A stretch of 64,000 nucleotides of DNA, taken from contig NC_092672.1 of NCBI RefSeq assembly GCF_964355755.1, positions 23,697,237 to 23,761,236 of the forward strand, read 5' to 3'. The notes beneath the pieces are model-generated. The model saw only the letters and a list, made by a program, of their open reading frames with translations, ran no database searches and was not told the DNA's origin. Both the position numbers and the translations under genes were made by a program. Numbering within the stretch: position 1 is the first letter of the stretch; each line of letters begins with the position of its first letter. This DNA is from Antedon mediterranea (taxonomy: Eukaryota > Animalia > Echinodermata). Below are positions 1 through 11,890 of the stretch, in pieces.

Positions 1-322
1 TATAAATACATTTTTTTTTAAATATGTTTTACGTTTCATTATAGAGTTGATGTCTATAACATAGTTTATTTTCACAACTTTCCATACAATACATTTCTTT
101 TTTTTTTGTAACACCTTTATTGATATTTTAATATTTTTTACGTTTCATTATAAGTCTATAACATAGTTTTCTTCCATTTTGTATTATATTAAAGTTTCTT
201 AGCAGCTTTTGGTATGATTTTAATAAATAAATAAAACATTGTTCCAACAACAGCAACTAAAACATTGATTGTTTTATACTTTTGTACTCACTTTCATGTG
301 CCTACAATTTAGATAAAGAATC

Positions 323-1283
323 TCAATTATTTTCCATGTATTTGGTTTGATAATGAACAACTATTTTGATTTTCAATGAATATATACAATTGCCCAGCAG
401 GTAATTCAGTGATATTTTGTTTAAATTCCAGTTCAAAAAGGATGATTCTATTAAATAAATGTAACAGAGATTTTCCCATAATATGACCACCATTTTTTTA
501 AAGTTCATTAGTAATGTTATCTTTCCCTGGAGATTTAAAATTTTTTTGCAAATACTTAATACATATTTTATACTTTCAATATCAATATAAATATCACATA
601 GAGGATCTGTAGCCTCATCCTCATCTCTGAACAAGACTTGTTTCTAATGTTTTGTATACAGTTCTCAGTCATGTATACATTATTATTGAATGTATTATTT
701 TTAGAATTACTTAGTGATTCCCAATAGTTTCTTAATGTTTCGGCTTTTTCTTCAACGCTAGTAACAACTTGTTCCGACCCTGGAACCTTAAAACAATCAG
801 TATTTTGTTGGTTAAACTTTGACCCTCTAATTGTTTGCCAGAATTCCTTACAATTTTTACCTTCTTTGTTTGCAATTAACAATTGATTTATCTACCCTCA
901 TTTCTAATATCTTTTGTTTTATCAAATTCTTAGCAAACAACCGCTTTTGTTGGTAATTCTGCCAAAGAAAGTCACATGTTGCAGCATCTTTGTCTTTTCT
1001 TGTAACATAATTTCTTTGAATTTGCATCCCATTCTTTAAAATCCCTTTCTAAATAGGTAGTATATTCACTAAAATCTTCACCAAACTTAATGTTCCATAT
1101 ATATTTCTTACTACACCTATTATCTTTGTTTTTCGAGTTACTTATATTTAATTTAAGTAGTAACATATAATATTTTGTTGTTTTGTTATACAATACATTT
1201 TCATTGTAGATTCTGTCAGATTTACAATTGTTTTTTGTATTAATATAAGGATGAGATATAACACAGGATGACAGTTTTAACAC
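323..1283 (-). pseudogene. Degraded non-LTR retrotransposon (LINE) ORF2 fragment
   Basis: Broken minus-strand ORFs; 568-882 reads KEFWQTIRGSK...VTSVEEKAETLRNYWESL, resembling the linker between endonuclease and RT of CR1/L2-type ORF2. Many stops and frameshifts. Confidence 0.45.
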
Positions 1284-1744
1284 TTACCCCAAATTAAACG
1301 AGCATTATAAATAATGTATTTCTAAAAATCATCATGTCTCAAGTTCAGCAAATTCTAAATGGAATTTAAACAAAAATCATGAAAGATGTGTTGGCTAGGT
1401 GTGGTAGTTCGAGATCAGTCGGACACAATCATATGAAGGCAGCATTGATTTCCATCAGTATTTCATTTATTCATATTCACATTCATATTCACTGGCATTT
1501 ATCACATATAAACTACAATCGGATTCACATTCATATTTACTGGCATTTATCACATAAACTACAATCAGCCATCTCTTGGAAAAAACCCCTATAAATACAA
1601 CAGACAAACATACTTTTTTTTTTTTTTTTTTTTTTTATTTCATCATCACCCTACAGTGACCAAACGTCACCATTAACAGGGCTGAAAGTCGTAAAATATA
1701 ACATATAATATACAAGCAAAAATCAACAGATAACAAGACAACAT

Positions 1745-4700
1745 TTAAATATTACTGACATTAGACAAAACCTTGTGACGGAAACAAGCAAGGGAATCAA
1801 AAAAAATATCAACAGATCCATCAATTTTACATAGTGAATGGTATAACTTAGGCAAACGATTAACAAAACCATTTTTAGTAATATTTACCCTCCCTCTTGA
1901 TATAGAAAATAAAGCAGGATAACGCAATTGATATTGTGGAACAGAAATAGGAAAGTACACTTCAAAATTACCATGAAAAATTGAGTTCACAGCCTTAAAA
2001 AGAAAAATTAAATCAAATAACTTACGCCTACCCGCTAAATTAAAAAGAACGTCTATAATAGAACCAAATTTACGCACATAAAATCGACAAAACTTGTTCT
2101 GTACACTTTGTAATCTAGAAGACTGGGCAAGAGAAATAGAGTTAAAAATAACACTGCAGAATTCAAGATTCGACCTAACTAAAGATTTGTATAAAATAAC
2201 TAATGCCTTTTTATCGTTGATATGTCTGCAATGTCTCCAAAGAAAACCCAAAAGTCTATTGCATTTAGAGACTATAAAATCAATATGTTTACAGAAGGTT
2301 AATGAACTATCTAAAAAAACACCAAGGTCTTTGTGAACAGAGACTCTTTCAAGTATAATATTCTTAATATAAAAGTCAAAATAGATGGGTTTTTTCTTAA
2401 GAGTAAAAGACATTGATTTGCATTTAGAGGCATTGACTGACATATTCCAAGTGTCGCACCAGTGAATGAGTCTGTCAACGTCTTCTTGTAACAACAACAT
2501 ATCATTTAAAGTTTGTATAGACTTAAATAATTTGATATCGTCAGCAAACATAAGAACATTAGAATGACGAGGAACAAAGGAAAAATCGTTAATAAACATA
2601 ATGAAAAAAAGAGGCCCCAAAATAGACCCCTGAGGCACTCCAGATAAAACTGGAAGCCATTCAGACGCGTTACCATCAAAAGTGACTCTCTGAAACCTGT
2701 CCGATAAATAACTTGTAAAAAATAAAATTAAATCGTGATTTAGACCAAATTGTTGAAGTTTAAACAAGAGCAACTTATGGGAGACCCTGTCAAAGGCTTT
2801 AGCCATGTCTGTATATACAACTTCGCATTGCCCTTTTGCATTTATTGCGTCATACGCATGTGACAACAGAACAGACAAATTTGTTTCACAAGACCTTCCT
2901 GGGTAAAATCCGTGTTGATGGTCACTAATAACTGGTGATATATGTTTAAAAATTTGGTCGTGAACAATTTTTTCAAAAACTTTAGAAATAGTTGGCAACA
3001 ATGAAACCGGTCTATAATTGCGTACATCAGATTTAGAACTAGCTTTAAAGATAGGGCACACGTTAGCTTGCTTCCATTTTATCGGAAAACGTTTCTCAGA
3101 AATGCATCTTTCAAATAAAATTTTACAAGGGAAAGAAAGAGGTTTGGCAGCTAAAGACAAAACAATATTACTTAGACCATCATTACCTGAAGCCTTATGA
3201 GAATCAATTTCATTAATGTGCTTTTCTATAACCTCCTGATTAAACTCAAGTTTAGATAAGCAATCGATGGGATATTCAGGAAGATTAGGAACATCCAAAT
3301 CTTTGTTAACAGGACTAAAAACAGAATAAAAAAATTGGTTAAGTAAGTTTGCTTTGTCTTTTACAGTGTAAGCTGACTGATTATTAAAATGTAGTTCCGA
3401 AGGAATGTTATTATTATTTTTTCTTGAGGATTTTATCCAAGACCAAAAACGTTTCGGATTACAACTTAAATTACAACATAATGAATTAACATAGGTACGA
3501 TACTTAAATCTACAAAGTCGTTTAAAATTTGACCTAGCAAATCGAAAATTTTCAATATTTAACCTATTTGGATTACGTTTTTTTTCTCTAAAATATGATT
3601 CTTTAGATTTCAAAGCAGTGTAGAGCTCATTATCAAACCATGGTGGGAGTTTTCTCTTAGGTCTGAAAACAGGGACGAGATCTTTGATAGTAGCAAAAAT
3701 AAAATCATAAAATAAATTAACTGCCTCATCAATGTCAACGGCAAGATCAAGTAAATTCCAAGGAATATGAGAAAGTGTTTGTATAAAATCTAATTTGTTA
3801 AGTTTTTTAAAATTATATAACAATCGATCGTCATTATTGATAAGGTGTTTGTTAAACTCTATAGGATATTTAAAATTTATTGCACAGTGATCAGAAGTGA
3901 AAATATCTTCACCGAATGAAACTTCATGGCATATAGTATTGCACAAGACAAGATCAAGAGTGTGATCGGCACATGTCGGAAAATATACAAATTGATTAAA
4001 ATTATTACCCTGTAAAATATTATCTATAAAAAATTTGCCATTGGAGTTGTCGGGAGCTTCACATTCTACAATATTGCACTTATTATAACTATTCAAACGC
4101 CATTTTATCTCAGGTAGATTAAAATCTCCTAATAACATAACGTCATGATTGAAACCCTGAAATTCATATTGCACATTGTTTATAGATTCACAGAGACGAT
4201 CGATTTGAGATTTAGGTGCCGATGGTGGGCGATAATATATACCAATAATTAAACATTTTTTTCTAGACAGTTGAATTTTGACCCACATTAGTTCTTGACT
4301 TTCATCTTCAAACTTAATGAGACGACACGACCTGTATTTGTTGTTAATTAAGAGTAAAACTCCACCGCCTCTCTTGTCCTCTTGCCGGTCCCTGCGATAT
4401 AGATTAAAGCCATCTAAAGACAGTTCACAATCAATTACAGTGTTATTTAACCAGGTTTCAGTTAATGCTACAACGTCTATGTATCTTGTGCACATGTGAC
4501 TAAACAATTCCGATTTATATGATTCCATTTTATTTTTTACACTACGAAAGTTTTGGTAGTACACCTTTAAAGAGCTACTTTTGTTGTTCGAATTAGTAGC
4601 ATTCGGGCCAGGATTGACTTCTATGTCCCCTCCAAGTACAACAGACCAAATACGTAGAGTACTAACCGAATTTGAATAGTATGACACAGCCCTGCCAAGG

Positions 4701-5341
4701 AATTTAAACTTCGATTTCTTTCGTACTTGTAATGATGTAAGGCCAGTTATTGTTATTGCACATTTTGAATAATAAATAGGTATCGGATGAAAATCGTCGT
4801 CAATGTAAACAGCATCATTAAAATAGTAGAAAAAGTATTGCACAAAGTTGTTCATAGAACGTTGTGTAAGTTCCAATTCGACTTGGTTCCACTTAACATA
4901 CTGACCTGGACAGCTGGTTATTGCACATTTTGAATAATAAAATGGTATCGGATGAAAATCGTCGTCAAGAATAAATCGAATGTAGACTGCATCGGTAAAA
5001 TAGTAGAAAAAATATTGCACAAAGTTGTTCATAGAACGCTTTGTATATTCCATTTCAACTAGGCTCCATTTAACATTTGCATACTGACCTGGACAGCTGA
5101 CTACACAGACCCCTTCACACACCGGTAATGCTATTCTTTGAAATTCGCTCTGCCGGCCTAAGCTTATTGTGCTAAAATTCACGTATTTATACAAAGATTG
5201 GTGAAAATTGTTGTCACAATTGCATCCATATCCACTCCAAAACACTTCGTGATCATCATTAAAGGGATATTGTGTTGGGGTAAACGAGTAAGTAAATGAA
5301 ATAAACGAGACACAACAGAGCAAAAATACGGCGGTGTTCAT
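1745..5341 (-). CDS. LINE polyprotein: N-terminal extension + 2A-like peptide + APE endonuclease + reverse transcriptase
   Basis: Endonuclease motifs YQNFRS, ALTETWL, RGGGV, YYRPP, GDFN, TLDL, SDH; RT motifs NYRPVSLL, QHGF, DMAKAFDRV, GVPQGSILGP, FADD, KDLGV. Confidence 0.95.
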   Translation of the reverse strand: MNTAVFLLCCVSFISFTYSFTPTQYPFNDDHEVFWSGYGCNCDNNFHQSLYKYVNFSTISLGRQSEFQRIALPVCEGVCVVSCPGQYANVKWSLVEMEYTKRSMNNFVQYFFYYFTDAVYIRFILDDDFHPIPFYYSKCAITSCPGQYVKWNQVELELTQRSMNNFVQYFFYYFNDAVYIDDDFHPIPIYYSKCAITITGLTSLQVRKKSKFKFLGRAVSYYSNSVSTLRIWSVVLGGDIEVNPGPNATNSNNKSSSLKVYYQNFRSVKNKMESYKSELFSHMCTRYIDVVALTETWLNNTVIDCELSLDGFNLYRRDRQEDKRGGGVLLLINNKYRSCRLIKFEDESQELMWVKIQLSRKKCLIIGIYYRPPSAPKSQIDRLCESINNVQYEFQGFNHDVMLLGDFNLPEIKWRLNSYNKCNIVECEAPDNSNGKFFIDNILQGNNFNQFVYFPTCADHTLDLVLCNTICHEVSFGEDIFTSDHCAINFKYPIEFNKHLINNDDRLLYNFKKLNKLDFIQTLSHIPWNLLDLAVDIDEAVNLFYDFIFATIKDLVPVFRPKRKLPPWFDNELYTALKSKESYFREKKRNPNRLNIENFRFARSNFKRLCRFKYRTYVNSLCCNLSCNPKRFWSWIKSSRKNNNNIPSELHFNNQSAYTVKDKANLLNQFFYSVFSPVNKDLDVPNLPEYPIDCLSKLEFNQEVIEKHINEIDSHKASGNDGLSNIVLSLAAKPLSFPCKILFERCISEKRFPIKWKQANVCPIFKASSKSDVRNYRPVSLLPTISKVFEKIVHDQIFKHISPVISDHQHGFYPGRSCETNLSVLLSHAYDAINAKGQCEVVYTDMAKAFDRVSHKLLLFKLQQFGLNHDLILFFTSYLSDRFQRVTFDGNASEWLPVLSGVPQGSILGPLFFIMFINDFSFVPRHSNVLMFADDIKLFKSIQTLNDMLLLQEDVDRLIHWCDTWNMSVNASKCKSMSFTLKKKPIYFDFYIKNIILERVSVHKDLGVFLDSSLTFCKHIDFIVSKCNRLLGFLWRHCRHINDKKALVILYKSLVRSNLEFCSVIFNSISLAQSSRLQSVQNKFCRFYVRKFGSIIDVLFNLAGRRKLFDLIFLFKAVNSIFHGNFEVYFPISVPQYQLRYPALFSISRGRVNITKNGFVNRLPKLYHSLCKIDGSVDIFFDSLACFRHKVLSNVSNI
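4604..4630 (-). other. 2A/StopGo ribosome-skipping motif GDIEVNPGP (aa 238-246 of LINE ORF)
   Basis: Exact match to D(V/I)ExNPGP, preceded by a hydrophobic stretch (LRIWSVVLG) and located just before the endonuclease domain. Confidence 0.85.
4753..5098 (-). repeat. In-frame tandem duplication (~165-180 bp) in the LINE N-terminal extension
   Basis: SCPGQY..VKW..VE.E.T.RSMNNFVQYFFYYF.DAVYI..DDDFHPIP.YYSKCAIT occurs twice; indels between copies are multiples of 3. Confidence 0.9.
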
Positions 5342-6320
5342 TGTTCAATACATAATAATAATCCACATATGAACAATTGCTAACCATTGTTATACTCATT
5401 ATGTTATCTTTAGTACAATACATACACATCACATCAGTATTACATTATTATCAATTATATATAACAAGTGATAACCACATCTATACCTGGATTAAACTAT
5501 GTTAATTTTGGAGGTGCATACCCATCTTTACTCAGCCTCCATTCCATTCAGCCCAATATATTAATAAACATGTAAAACCAGGTTCTTAACATCATACTAT
5601 TCACAACTACATATGACCACAACATTGGTCGCCATATTGGAATCCGAACTTGCACACTTATCGGCGAGTCATTCTACCATCAATTATAACTACATATATG
5701 AGCATAAATAACACATTTAATACAATACTACTATTCATTATCATGAGTAAATACAACAATTGATTATCTTAATTTATGATATAGTATTACAACGTACCTG
5801 GAAACTAATAACTGATAATTTAATTAGTATAGCAACTGCCTCTACTCAGCCACAATGGATATGCCCAATCTGTACCCACGTGCGGGGAAATGGAAATATC
5901 TGTTTTTAAACAAAACTGTGTGAGCTATTATTTTAGGCCTAAATTTTTATGTTATCTGAGATTAACAAAAACATACAAGTATTAACTAACACTGACACAC
6001 AAGCTAATTTTCCCACAAAAAATATAAACGTCGTAGTGGTGTATCGTTACATGTACTTTACTATTTCAGTTGACTATGACAGTGACAGTTTTAACAAAGT
6101 ATTAAATCGCAAATGTTCTACTCTATTTAGTGACACTATTCTATTCTATTCATGACACAAAATACATGAATAAGGTCCAATGTGAATGGCATAATAAAAC
6201 AGTGTATCCTAGTGTTAAAAGAATAGTTTATTTAATAAAAACTAACTTTAAAATCTGTATTGCATAAATTGTACGTGATACTGTTTTTGTTATTATAACT
6301 AATATGTTTATTTTGCATAG

Positions 6321-6365
6321 ATACAGAGACTGCTACTCCTCTGTTTACAAGCTCATTAGAGACAG
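6321..6365 (+). CDS. 45-nt phase-1 micro-exon (Ser/Thr/Ala linker) of death-fold gene
   Basis: ttttgcatag|ATACAGAG...GAGACAG|gttagt; (D)TETATPLFTSSLET; paralogous to 17003-17047. Confidence 0.7.
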
Positions 6366-6520
6366 GTTAGTGGTTATCATTAGATCATTATGTATCATAT
6401 GGACAGTTTGTCTGAAAATACATGAATATAATAGCATAACATCTTGGTGTCATTAGTAGAATAGTTGATTTAATACTGGTATTCTTGATTATGACTAATG
6501 TATATGTTTATTTTGCATAG

Positions 6521-6565
6521 ATGCACATATTGCTGCTCATTTGGCTGCAAGCTCATTAGGGACAG
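6521..6565 (+). CDS. 45-nt phase-1 micro-exon of death-fold gene
   Basis: ttttgcatag|ATGCACAT...GGGACAG|gtatag; (D)AHIAAHLAASSLGT; paralogous to 17206-17250. Confidence 0.7.
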
Positions 6566-7104
6566 GTATAGGTGAGTAACATTAGATCATTAGGGACAGG
6601 TATAGGTGAGTAACATTAGATCATTAGGGACAGGTATAGGTGAGTAACATTAGATCATTAGGGACAGGTATAGGTGAGTAACATTAGATCATTAGGGACA
6701 GGTATAGGTGAGTAACATTAGATCGTTAGGGACAGGTATAGGTGAGTAACATTAGATCATTAGGGACAGGTATAGGTGAGTAACATTAGATCATTAGTGA
6801 CAGGTATAGGTGAGTAACATTAGATCATTAGGGACAGGTATAGGTGAGTAACATTAGAACATTAGGGACAGGTATAGGTAAGTAACATTAGATCATTAGG
6901 GACAGGTATAGGTGAGTAACATTAGATCATTAGGGACAGGTATAGGTGAGTAACATTAGATCATTAGGGACAGGTATAGGTGAGTAACATTAGATCATTA
7001 GGGACAGGTATAGGTGAGTAACATTAGATCATTAGGGACAGGTATAGGTGAGTAACATTAGATCATTAGGGACAGGTATAGGTGAGTAACATTAGATCAT
7101 TAGG
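6555..7104 (+). repeat. 34-bp minisatellite (~16 copies) made of an exon end plus splice donor
   Basis: Unit ATTAGGGACAGGTATAGGTGAGTAACATTAGATC, nearly invariant. Confidence 0.95.
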
Positions 7105-7829
7105 GCATTGTTACAACCACTTATGTAGTACCAGCTATAATAAAAACTACTGCTAAGAGAGAAACAATAAAGATATCATATAATTTATTTCATTTGAACA
7201 AATACAAACATGAAAACATAACAAATGTAAATCAATGAGGCAGGATTACCTAAAATAACAGTCAAGAAGCAAACATAAGACATTCAAACATAATTAAAAA
7301 CACATTTTTTGGAAGAAAGTTAAAATTGCTTTATATGAATGACAAGATAGTTTAAATTGTATGAAGTTAAATGTATTACAGCAAAATCCACCACAGGTTA
7401 GCTAATTCCTCAAAATAATCAAAGCCGAACAAATCAGAATGCTCATATTTCTTCTCACTTTCAGAAACATAGAATTATCAACATTATTTTCTTTGATATT
7501 ATTAATTTGAATACTATAATAACAATTTTCAAATAGTAGGCAAAACTTTTCTACGTAGGAAAAGTGGTCAAAATAATAACCAAAAAATCCTTGAAAACAA
7601 AACAGCAATCTGTTAAGAGATTGATTCACACATATATATATAAACTTTTATGGGGATAAAAATGCAATAATTATCCATCATTTGTTTTGCAGAAAATACA
7701 TTACAAGAAAAGTATTTTATATTACTAAAATATAAATATGCATATTTTGCAGTGAAACATTTTAAGATTTTTTTAAGAGTGACTAGTATCAATCATAGTA
7801 TAATAATTCTCAAACACTTGTTATTGTAG

Positions 7830-8354
7830 TGAATACATCACAAAAACAATTCAACAAGTTGAAGTATGATCTTGGTTCACTCTATATTGGTGAGCGACTG
7901 CTGTTGTTGAAATGCTGTCTATTTGAACACGTAGACTTACAGCACCTTGGCAAGTCAAGTAGCACAGCAAATTACCTATTAAACCAACTACATGAACGTC
8001 GTTATATCACACCTACTAATATCCGTCTGTTGCTAGAGGTGGCTGAGATTTCCCAGTTGAAAGATGCTAAAGATCTCATAAATCAATATGTTGTAACCAA
8101 CAAGGTTCCAAACACTGATGAAGATATAAAGTCAGTTTCACCATATAGGAAACGATTGTGCAAGGCATTGCAGCAATTTGACCCACATAATTTAAATGAT
8201 GTAATTGCTTACTATGGATTGAACTTATTAAGTTTACCAACAATTTGGGAATTAGTGTTTCACCTTGAAAGCAATAGAAAATTACTAGAAGAATCAGAAA
8301 TAAAGAGGTTGGCTGAGCTTCTTGGACCAATCGCTGAGAGCATACTATTCAATG
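7830..8354 (+). CDS. Exon encoding tandem death effector domain (DED)-like modules
   Basis: ttattgtag|...AATG|gtatgt, 525 nt, phase 1-1. FNKLKYDL..LLLLKCCLFEHV..LLNQLHERRYITPTNIRLLLEV followed by VSPYRKRL..., resembling the tandem DEDs of caspase-8/FLIP prodomains. Confidence 0.75.
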
Positions 8355-8677
8355 GTATGTATGTTGTATCATGTATAAACATCATTTATAACAATTGAAG
8401 TTAATTTATGTGATTTCTTACATACACAGTGTGATTATAAATAATGTAAGCCATGTAAAGTATATTCAACTATAAATCTCATCATATTTAAATATTGATA
8501 GCATAACCTGCATCATTACACCAGAATTGTTAAAAGAGTAAAAATCAATCTCATAATTATACTGTAAGACATACATGTTAAGACCATTTGCACTGTACAC
8601 AATATCTTGTTTGACACAACTTTATCTATGTTTGTTAAAGAGTAATTATTAATTTTTAAGAACAGAAAGTTTACACA

Positions 8678-9028
8678 GGTGAGTAACATTAGATCATTAG
8701 GGACAGGTATAGGTGAGTAACATTAGATCATTAGGGACAGGTATAGGTGAGTAACATTAGATCATTAGGGACAGGTATAGGTGAGTAACATTAGATCATT
8801 AGGGACAGGTATAGGTGAGTAACAATAGATCATTAGGGACAGGTATAGGTGAGTAACATTAGATCATTAGGGACAGGTATAGGTGAGTAACATTAGATCA
8901 TTAGGGACAGGTATAGGTGAGTAACATTAGATCATTAGGGACAGGTATAGGTGAGTAACATTAGATCATTAGGGACAGGTATAGGTGAGTAACATTAGAT
9001 CATTAGGGACAGGTATAGGTGAGTAACA
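8678..9028 (+). repeat. Second array of the 34-bp minisatellite (~10 copies)
   Basis: Same unit as 6555-7104; here not attached to a recognisable micro-exon. Confidence 0.95.
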
Positions 9029-9609
9029 CTTTTATATTCGTAGGTCAACATATTTGCAAGAATTAAGGCAGTTACTGTTTAGATGGTCTTTATTCAGATT
9101 TACTGTTATTATCCATTTTTTTTTAATAGGTTCTTCACAACAAATCAACTGGTTAATAAAGGTTAATAAACCCATATAATAGTTAAACCAACACTATCAC
9201 ATGATTTTTTAACAAGAGAAAATAAATATTAAGATCCAAATGTATTGTTCTATGTCTTCTATGTAGCACACATGCAAAGTGAAAAGCAAAAATAATTAAG
9301 TGTGTCAAGTTTGTGAATAATCTGTTTGCTTCAATCTGCAATGCTGTTGTAGACTTTGATAATATGTGATAAGTAATAATGCAGTAAGTTTAGACTTTTA
9401 AAGCTGAATTTTCTAATAATTTTGCATACAAACAAAATTATAGATTTTAAAAAAAATGTAAAATAACTATTGCCATAATTACAGAAACATTAAAGTACCT
9501 ATTTAACAACTTTTTTAATACTGCTATGTTTTACCATGAAGTCTCCCTATAAATCTCCTTTTTTCCCTATTTATTAAATATTTGAATATACGATATTTTA
9601 TGTAAATCT

Positions 9610-11639
9610 AATTGCTATTACTCTAGTAGCCAGATCAACTTTTGTATGCACTTTGAGGTTCAGAAAATTGGTTTAGGGTGATCAAACAATTATTTTTGGC
9701 TTGGTTACATATTTAGAAAACGTGGCAAAAGGTCATGGTGACCAAACACAAATAGGTCCTTAAATCTTGTCAACCACTTGCCACAGCAAGGTAATTTTGG
9801 TCTCTGAGAATTTTGAAAATAATTATTAAATTGAAATTATTATCAATTTTATAATAATTCTAATAATTGTTGCTATGTAAACAAACAAAATAGAGGGCGG
9901 TATCTAGAATTCTATTTTCAGTTTCAGTTTTTATTTTCCAATATGATACATAGTGTAAATAAATATATGCATAAAAAATGGAAGGATGACCAAAAAAAAG
10001 CTTGTATGGCCACCTAAACAAAAAATTAATACATGGTACAAACATAATTAAAGCACAGGACGAGACAAATACCAGCTAAACATGTTGGCATCCATGAACT
10101 CAAAGATAATGCGATAAGACCAAAAAAAGCAAAAGAACAATGTAAATGTAAACATATTTGTAACACTCATTGATAGATTAAGAACAAATTATTTTTATAC
10201 AACTTTTAAAATATTTTGGCAGATGAAGAATTACGAATAGAAGCATCAATACTGTTCCATAAAATCGGACAATGTCCTTTGATAGTGTTTCTACCCATAT
10301 CGGTAACAAAATTATAAGAACGATACGTATCAGAGGACCTGATGCCATAATTATGAACTGAGTTTACTCTAACAAAATAATTTGAAAAGTTAACTGGTAC
10401 TAAATTATTCTTATATTTGTACATGAAAACACCTTTTGATAACTTATGAATGTCACACACAGTTAAGTTGTTAAGACTAGCAAATAATCAATGGTAGTGA
10501 ATGCTCAAGGAATTGTGAATTTGTTCATAAACTCATTATGTGCTTTTGTTTGCGATATACAGTTTCAAGGCCACAGTTATTGTGGTCAGCCCAAATCAAG
10601 CTACAGTATTGGATATGAGGAAGGACTAGAGTCTTGTATAAGGATGATAGAACATTGGCATGTAAAATTGGTTTTAGCCTAAAAAGGATACCAGAATATT
10701 TTGAAACTACGTTTTCAATATGGATTGTATGTTGATTCCAGGTTAAGCATTCGTCCATTATTACACCAAGAAATTTACAACTAGTTACACGAGAGATGTT
10801 ATTATTATCATTGTAAACACGGTTACTACTGTATATCTGTTCTTAAAAATCATATAATTAGTTTTATTAGCATTAAGCGATAACTTAATTTTTTAAACCC
10901 TGGTGTTGCTAGGTTGGTGTGAATGGGGTATATCCAGGGTTTTCCAACGTTTTGAATGGTCACACACCCTGGGGTGTCTCCGGAGATCACCACAGAGTTT
11001 TGGTGTAAAAGTGTATTAGATACTAGACTAGTTGCCTCCGCCACTAAGTCTATGACCTGTGACGTAGCAGTGACAAATCTTGTGTCAAGTAAACTGCCCA
11101 TTTAAATTTGTGTCAAAATGCAAAAATCAGTAAAAAAAATCTTCAAGTAAGTTTACAATTCTACCATTATATGCTTAAGTACAAATAAGGTATTGCTTGG
11201 TTACTATGGGATTACAATAGAAAGCATCAACATTACATTTTCAAACTCAATTACGTTTTACCTAATATTGTATAAACTTTGTGTCTATTGTGGAGGTTGT
11301 TCTGTAATGGTGTTTCTAGTATTATCTTTGTAACCAAAGTTTTTATTAGATTAAATAAATATGTATATTTCAAACAATTCGAGAATAATTTCAAGTTCCT
11401 TACGACAGGTGCTTAGGTCAGAAATAACATTTTTGATTATTTTCACTTAACAATACAATTTATATTTGAACAATTTAAGACCAATTTCAAGTGTCAATGA
11501 CCTCTCTGTGACCAGTAGTTGTCGAGATTTAAGGACCTATTGGTGATTTTGTGACCACCCTACACCAATTTCTGAAGTAAAATTCTCTGGACCTCAAAGT
11601 GCATAAGAAAGTTGATCTAGCACTAGAGTAATAGCAATT
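9610..11639. mobile_element. Old non-autonomous TIR element with nested insertions
   Basis: AATTGCTATTACTCTAGT.GC.AGATCAACTTT..TATGCACTTTGAGGT at ~9610-9669 is the reverse complement of ~11581-11639. Confidence 0.65.
10200..10860 (-). pseudogene. 5'-truncated L2/CR1-group LINE 3' fragment (RT C-terminus)
   Basis: KFLGVIMDECLTWNQH..VSKYSGIL..LYKTLVLPHIQYCSLIWA and VHNYGIRS..LWNSI motifs, with frameshifts. Confidence 0.8.
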
Positions 11640-11890
11640 TTCTCTTCAAATCAAATAAATTGTATTTCTTGATCATAATTATAGACACATTCAGAAGACT
11701 TGAAATTTAGGTTAATGATAAAGTATTGATATAAAAAAAATCACTTTGAATTTCAAATGTAGTATACACAGGTAAGTTTTGTTAGAATGGTTCATGCTTA
11801 GAATTAATTTGACTCACAGAGAATTTATATCCCAGCAAGAGTCCCCAGTAATTTATAATAGTATAACCTTAAAACATTTTCATCTTACAG

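Larger units (their letters stand above)
1614..5341 (-). mobile_element. CR1/L2-group non-LTR retrotransposon, apparently young; 5' end not defined
   Basis: T23 run at 1614-1636 (poly-A tail on minus strand, with AATAAA running into it), ~108-nt 3' UTR, uninterrupted 1198-aa ORF. No clear TSD found. Confidence 0.9.

Noticed and set aside
2094-4499. Short ORFs overlapping the LINE ORF
   Set aside because: Shadow frames of a long coding sequence with no independent support.
5342-5900. LINE ORF1 or defined 5' end/TSD
   Set aside because: No long ORF and no convincing match to the sequence flanking the poly-A tail; two weakly similar ~80-bp segments (~5480-5557, ~5793-5869) could not be interpreted.
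6555-7104. CRISPR repeat (34-bp unit)
   Set aside because: No spacers; the unit derives from an exon/intron junction.
9130-9151. Additional small exon between the DED and ZU5 exons
   Set aside because: Acceptor looks plausible, but the nearest donor gives 22 nt, which breaks the frame; 8354 and 11891 already join in phase.
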